Assembly: GCA_038496445.1 (NCBI GenBank)
Contig: JALMLS010000013.1
Span: forward strand, 124,001 to 188,000
DNA: 64,000 nt
Direction of reading: 5' to 3'
DNA from: Trichosphaerium sp. ATCC 40318
Lineage: Eukaryota > Protista > Tubulinea
In this document: positions 59,939 through 64,000 of the stretch, in pieces
Layout of the letters: each line of letters starts with the position of its first letter
How positions within the stretch are numbered: the stretch's first letter is position 1
Notes under the pieces: model-generated
What the model saw: only the letters and a program-made list of their open reading frames with translations
The model's database searches: none
Told to the model about the DNA's origin: nothing
Position numbers and translations under genes: made by a program

Positions 59939-62052
59939 ATGGTATCCCAAAGTCCGAAACAGTATTGTGAGCTACAACATGGTATCTAACTATTAATACA
60001 GGAGCGACGATCTTATTTTTAGTGTTTACTTCAATATTTATTTACAATACCGCTGGTCTCCTTGAAATACAAAGCCCTTTGCAGTTAAAGGGAGTATACA
60101 AATCAGTTGGTCACGTGATTGGTTCGGTAGAAGAAAATTGGGACAAACGAAATATTACGCTCGTACGCAGTGACTTCCATGATGTAGCAGGTGCGTTCGT
60201 TTTAGTCGTATAAATTTTTGTGGCATACTTTCCGATAAATGTGTTTATTAGGCAAAGCAGTAATTATAGAAAGCGACTCGAATGATTTCGAACAAGAGTA
60301 CGCGGAGCATCCAAACTTGCAAAGGAAAATCAAATGCTCGTAAAAAACGGAGAAATAAGGAAATTAATACGTGGCATGGGCAAAAAAAAGAGAGCCTTGT
60401 TGTCACGTGTTTCCCAGTTTTCTTTTTTGCAAGACGGGAATTTACTTTGTGTAAATTTTCAATCATTAATGAGTTTTTAGTGCGCTTAGTCTTCAACGAG
60501 AGGGTGCTACACTTATTATATATGTAGTTAGACGCAATGTAAACTTAGGTAACACAGAGTCTGTTTTTTTCTTTATACTGTATTACTTCAGTGTTTTTTC
60601 CTTGCTGTGTACTGTATTCACTCTAAAAGGTCTTGTATCGTATCTGCTTCGATACCCTCAAAAAAGTAAAGGCTTAAACATCCCAGTTGTAACTACATAC
60701 AAAGACGCTTTCGATCCGGCACTACTAAACAACACTGAAACCGCTTTTGGGACAGTATATCCAGGTACTACAGAATCGTTTCATACTCGCGGAGTACAAT
60801 AAAAAAACTAACATAATTGTATTTCAAGATTTCAATTCATTTCAACATGTATTTAATCATTGGGGCTACTATCTCACTATTTTCTTACTTATATCATACA
60901 CAACCTTTTGCTTTGGCGTTGCTGTTTGTATACTATGGCAACATATATTTTTTCGATCTAAAACTAACACATTCATAACAATACCTATTGTTTGTTTGGG
61001 GTTTGAAGCAATCGCCAATTTCCGTGAGTTGTATAATTGGATATCTTTCTTCTTTTTTGCTGACAGTTTGTTTTTAGTGCGGATTCTATTTTTAGTTGAT
61101 CCTTTCCAAGGATTACACATATATCCGCACCTTTTCCAACAGGCTCTAACGTCAGCTTCGGTACCATTCTCGTTGGCAAGTGCTCTATTAGTGACTATGT
61201 ACTGGTACACAACTTTTTTTCAATTCGTTCTGTGTTAAAGTTACTGTCGTCTGTTCCCAGTTTTGCCTTACTATTTTTCTGTTCAAGGCATGAATCTATT
61301 TACAATAAAGCAGTGAAGGTGGCTACATTCCTACAAAAGACAAAGATTGCTTTTATTTGCATCATAGTAGCTTTGTTCGTGTTCTTTATTTTGTCGAGTT
61401 TATCAAGAACAATATTCTCAGGTAGCCTATCAACCGCATTTACAGTATTTAATTGGGTACAACTGAACATTTAAAAAAGCACGTATTGATTGTTGTAGAC
61501 CATAATTCTTGGATCAATTGGTGTTATTGTTGTATACGGTTTAATAGTATGTCGTACACTGATTATATTCAGCAAGGATACAACAATTAAATTACATCGA
61601 TTAAACATGGCACGTGAATGAGCTTCTTTTACTTCTCTGTCTATAAGGTCGAAGTTGTTTTTTCTTACTTTTCATTGTAGATGCGTATTCGTCTTTACAC
61701 TTTTTGTACACTCCAAGTATTGTTCTTCTTTTCTATAATTGGTGTGGCAGCTGTTATATGTACAATAACTCTTATTTGAATATCCTGTTTATTACTCACT
61801 TTTCTATTGGTAGCTCTTAAAGCAGAAGCCGGTTGGTTTGTTACTGTTGTGATGATGTACATATTTATCCTTGACACACTTTCACTTGTCCAGAGTATAC
61901 CTTTATGGATGGCTAATAGACGGAGACTACATACTTCAAAGTATGCAAATCATGGAACAGGGCGTGCTACAAGTCTCAGTACAGTACGGGCTACCGAATC
62001 TATTTGTAATACTCCAGCAAAAATGTGTGTTCAAACTACACAAAAACAATAA
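59939..62052 (+). CDS. Multi-pass (about 7TM) membrane protein with extracellular PA-like N-domain; start approximate
   Basis: Signal-like N-terminus, GKAVII and IPVV motifs, then hydrophobic exons (IPIVCLGFEAIANF, VRILFLVDP, LLVTMYWHE). Confidence 0.55.
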
Positions 62053-62099
62053 ATAGTATAACCCTGCTGGAACATAAAAATTAGTATTGTAGTCGGAAG

Positions 62100-64000
62100 C
62101 AAGTTTGTGGGGAAAGACAAGAAATGTACAAATCTGCAGGTACACTTTGAGGTTTGATAGAGTTTACAGCTCTCCAACTTGTGACAATACTGTCAAGACA
62201 AAGGCGTTTGAAGGGTAAAAGCTCTTGTGTTCTGGTATTTCATAGCGTTTGCATGTTTTGCTCTAGATTTGACTGCATTTAAAATACAAAGGTTTAAACC
62301 CTTACCAGTTGTTTCACTAATTTGACTAAAGTATACACCAACATAGATGCCTATGTCTTTTTTTTTGAAATTTTATTTCTACAACTTTTCCGTTTAGATC
62401 ACTATTAACACTTGTATGTACAATTTTTTGTGATTGCTTCTCTTGTATTTGTTCCGTTTTTTTTGTTTTTTTTTTTGGCTGTATCAATGTCCATCTTTTT
62501 GTTGAAAGTACTACAAGAGCTCTATGTATGCACCGTAAAAAATGAAAAGGAACATGTACATCATATCTCATTTTTGTCAGGAGCAATTTGTTTTTTTTTC
62601 TTAGTTTTTTCTTGAACCCACAGAAACACTTGTAAACTTATGCATCTCAGTGATTGTATCAGTACGATCTACCATGGAAAATAAATTCTTCTTCTCTACA
62701 ACTGAAGGTGGGATATGAAGAAGAAAACCTAAAAAGGTACGTCTACGTGTAAGTAATTGCGAGTAATGAAAAACAAGTAAATAAAAAAAACCAACTTAAA
62801 ATCATTTTAAATATGACTTAACATACCTATTGTTTCATCCGGCTTTTTTGCCTCCAGTATCCGATCTTTACAACACTTTAGAATAGCCATTGCTATTTTC
62901 ATGATACCAGCCTTCCCTTCAAGGAATATCAAGTCCCTAACGAGCGTTTGAATAAAATAAGAAAAGGTAATGGCTTTTGGTATGTAAAAGTAGTCTAAAA
63001 CGCGTTCATACCACATCGCTGTTACAGATTCAGTGTCCTTGAAGTTTGTAAAGAGTGTAAGAAACCATTTCGACGTAAACGTAGTGAGATCAATATCTTT
63101 CAGCGCCCTCCATACCCTACTCAGTGCCTTAGTAGCTATACAGAAAGCATTTTTTCAAAAAATAAAGAGGTTCATACGCTGGTATTTCATCCTTTAACAT
63201 TGCTTTAAACAGCTGAGTGTCATCTTTAAGACCAGCCAAGTTCTTTGTAGAGTATTAGAAAGCGCAGAATAAAATCAACGAACGCGTAAATATGACAGTT
63301 TTACGTGTTGAATTCCAGTAGTACAAAACTTAACATACGGAGGTATAATACTCGTTTATATGCTTATCCATTAGCGCAACAAGGGTCCAAAAAGCTATTT
63401 CGAACTATTAGAGCTGATTTACGCAAAAAGCCAAAAAACCCGTTTGTATGTACGACCCGTTTGTTGTACGGGTCTATCAGGCAATTAGAAAGAAACCAGC
63501 AAAGTTTCGGGAATAAATACGCCGGATTTTTTGAAAAGATAATGCGTACCATCCTTCTCCTCCACTTTGTTTAGTAGTAGCATACCCACAACGAAACTCA
63601 TGCCCTTTAAAGTATGATTCAGTGAGAGGAATGTACTTTCTCTACATTTTGAGTAGCAAGAATTAAAAATGGTCTATTACGCACCTGACAGTATCCTAGA
63701 TCAGGGTTGAAGTATGAATAGGCGTTTAAAATTCGTTCTAGCTTTTCTTTACCCTACAGCAGTTTTAACGCGATTTTGGGCGTTTTACCGTTGTATTGAC
63801 GCACGTCACCAGTTTTAAAGAGCTGTTCCGTTGGATAAGTCCGATTTTTGTCTAGTGTAATTTGATGATACCACTTGTTCTCTGGTTGATGACTCAGTAC
63901 GTTGTAAGTATCGGGTGGGAACTGGTCTGCATAATATGACGTATCCAGCTAGTTTAATGGCGTTAATGTACAAGTTCGTAGGTTTTGAGGTACCAAGCGT
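62100..64000 (-). CDS. TBC-domain Rab-GAP, partial (5' end beyond window; 3' end approximate)
   Basis: QITLDKNRT; LERILNAYSYFNPDLGYCQGMSFVVGMLL; SKWFLTLF; DLIFLEG. Confidence 0.8.

Noticed and set aside
1-64000. Giant-virus genome or a contiguous endogenous viral element
   Set aside because: No capsid, PolB, A32 ATPase, D5 primase or viral RNA polymerase was seen. The virus-like repeat genes are interleaved with intron-rich eukaryotic housekeeping genes.
1-64000. Alternative genetic code
   Set aside because: Apparent in-frame stops resolve as intron boundaries, and long ORFs end at TAA, TAG and TGA alike.

Overview
AT-rich eukaryotic nuclear DNA using the standard code, with short GT-AG introns (donors often GTACGT). 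The gene content suggests a free-living protist, probably amoebozoan-like (inference). The backbone is intron-rich housekeeping genes: RasGAP-like, TauE transporter, GRAM-GRAM-TBC RabGAP, Myb, GPI-anchored C-type lectin/mucin, AP-3 mu-like, ISCU, inositol-phosphate kinase, a 7TM protein, a second TBC gene and tRNA-Ala(AGC). Interspersed are 13 loci from F-box-like gene families: 7 LRR-family loci with LAGVHTIxL repeats, 5 with MORN-variant repeats and 1 fused to a pseudokinase. They include intact, frameshifted, chimeric and deletion-collapsed copies. LRR and MORN members sit next to each other three times, and MORN paralogs carry 0, 1 or 3 introns. This looks like a fast-turnover, possibly giant-virus-related array of ubiquitin-ligase substrate receptors and is the best candidate for an undescribed system. 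A 4.6-kb L1/Tx1/TRE-like non-LTR retrotransposon (19-bp TSD, poly-A, structured 3' UTR) splits a host exon. A 294-bp PIF/Harbinger-type MITE splits a Ras fragment. There is a perfect 166-bp inverted duplication containing a truncated tRNA, and CACGTG is strongly over-represented. Exon boundaries were read by eye and no database searches were run.
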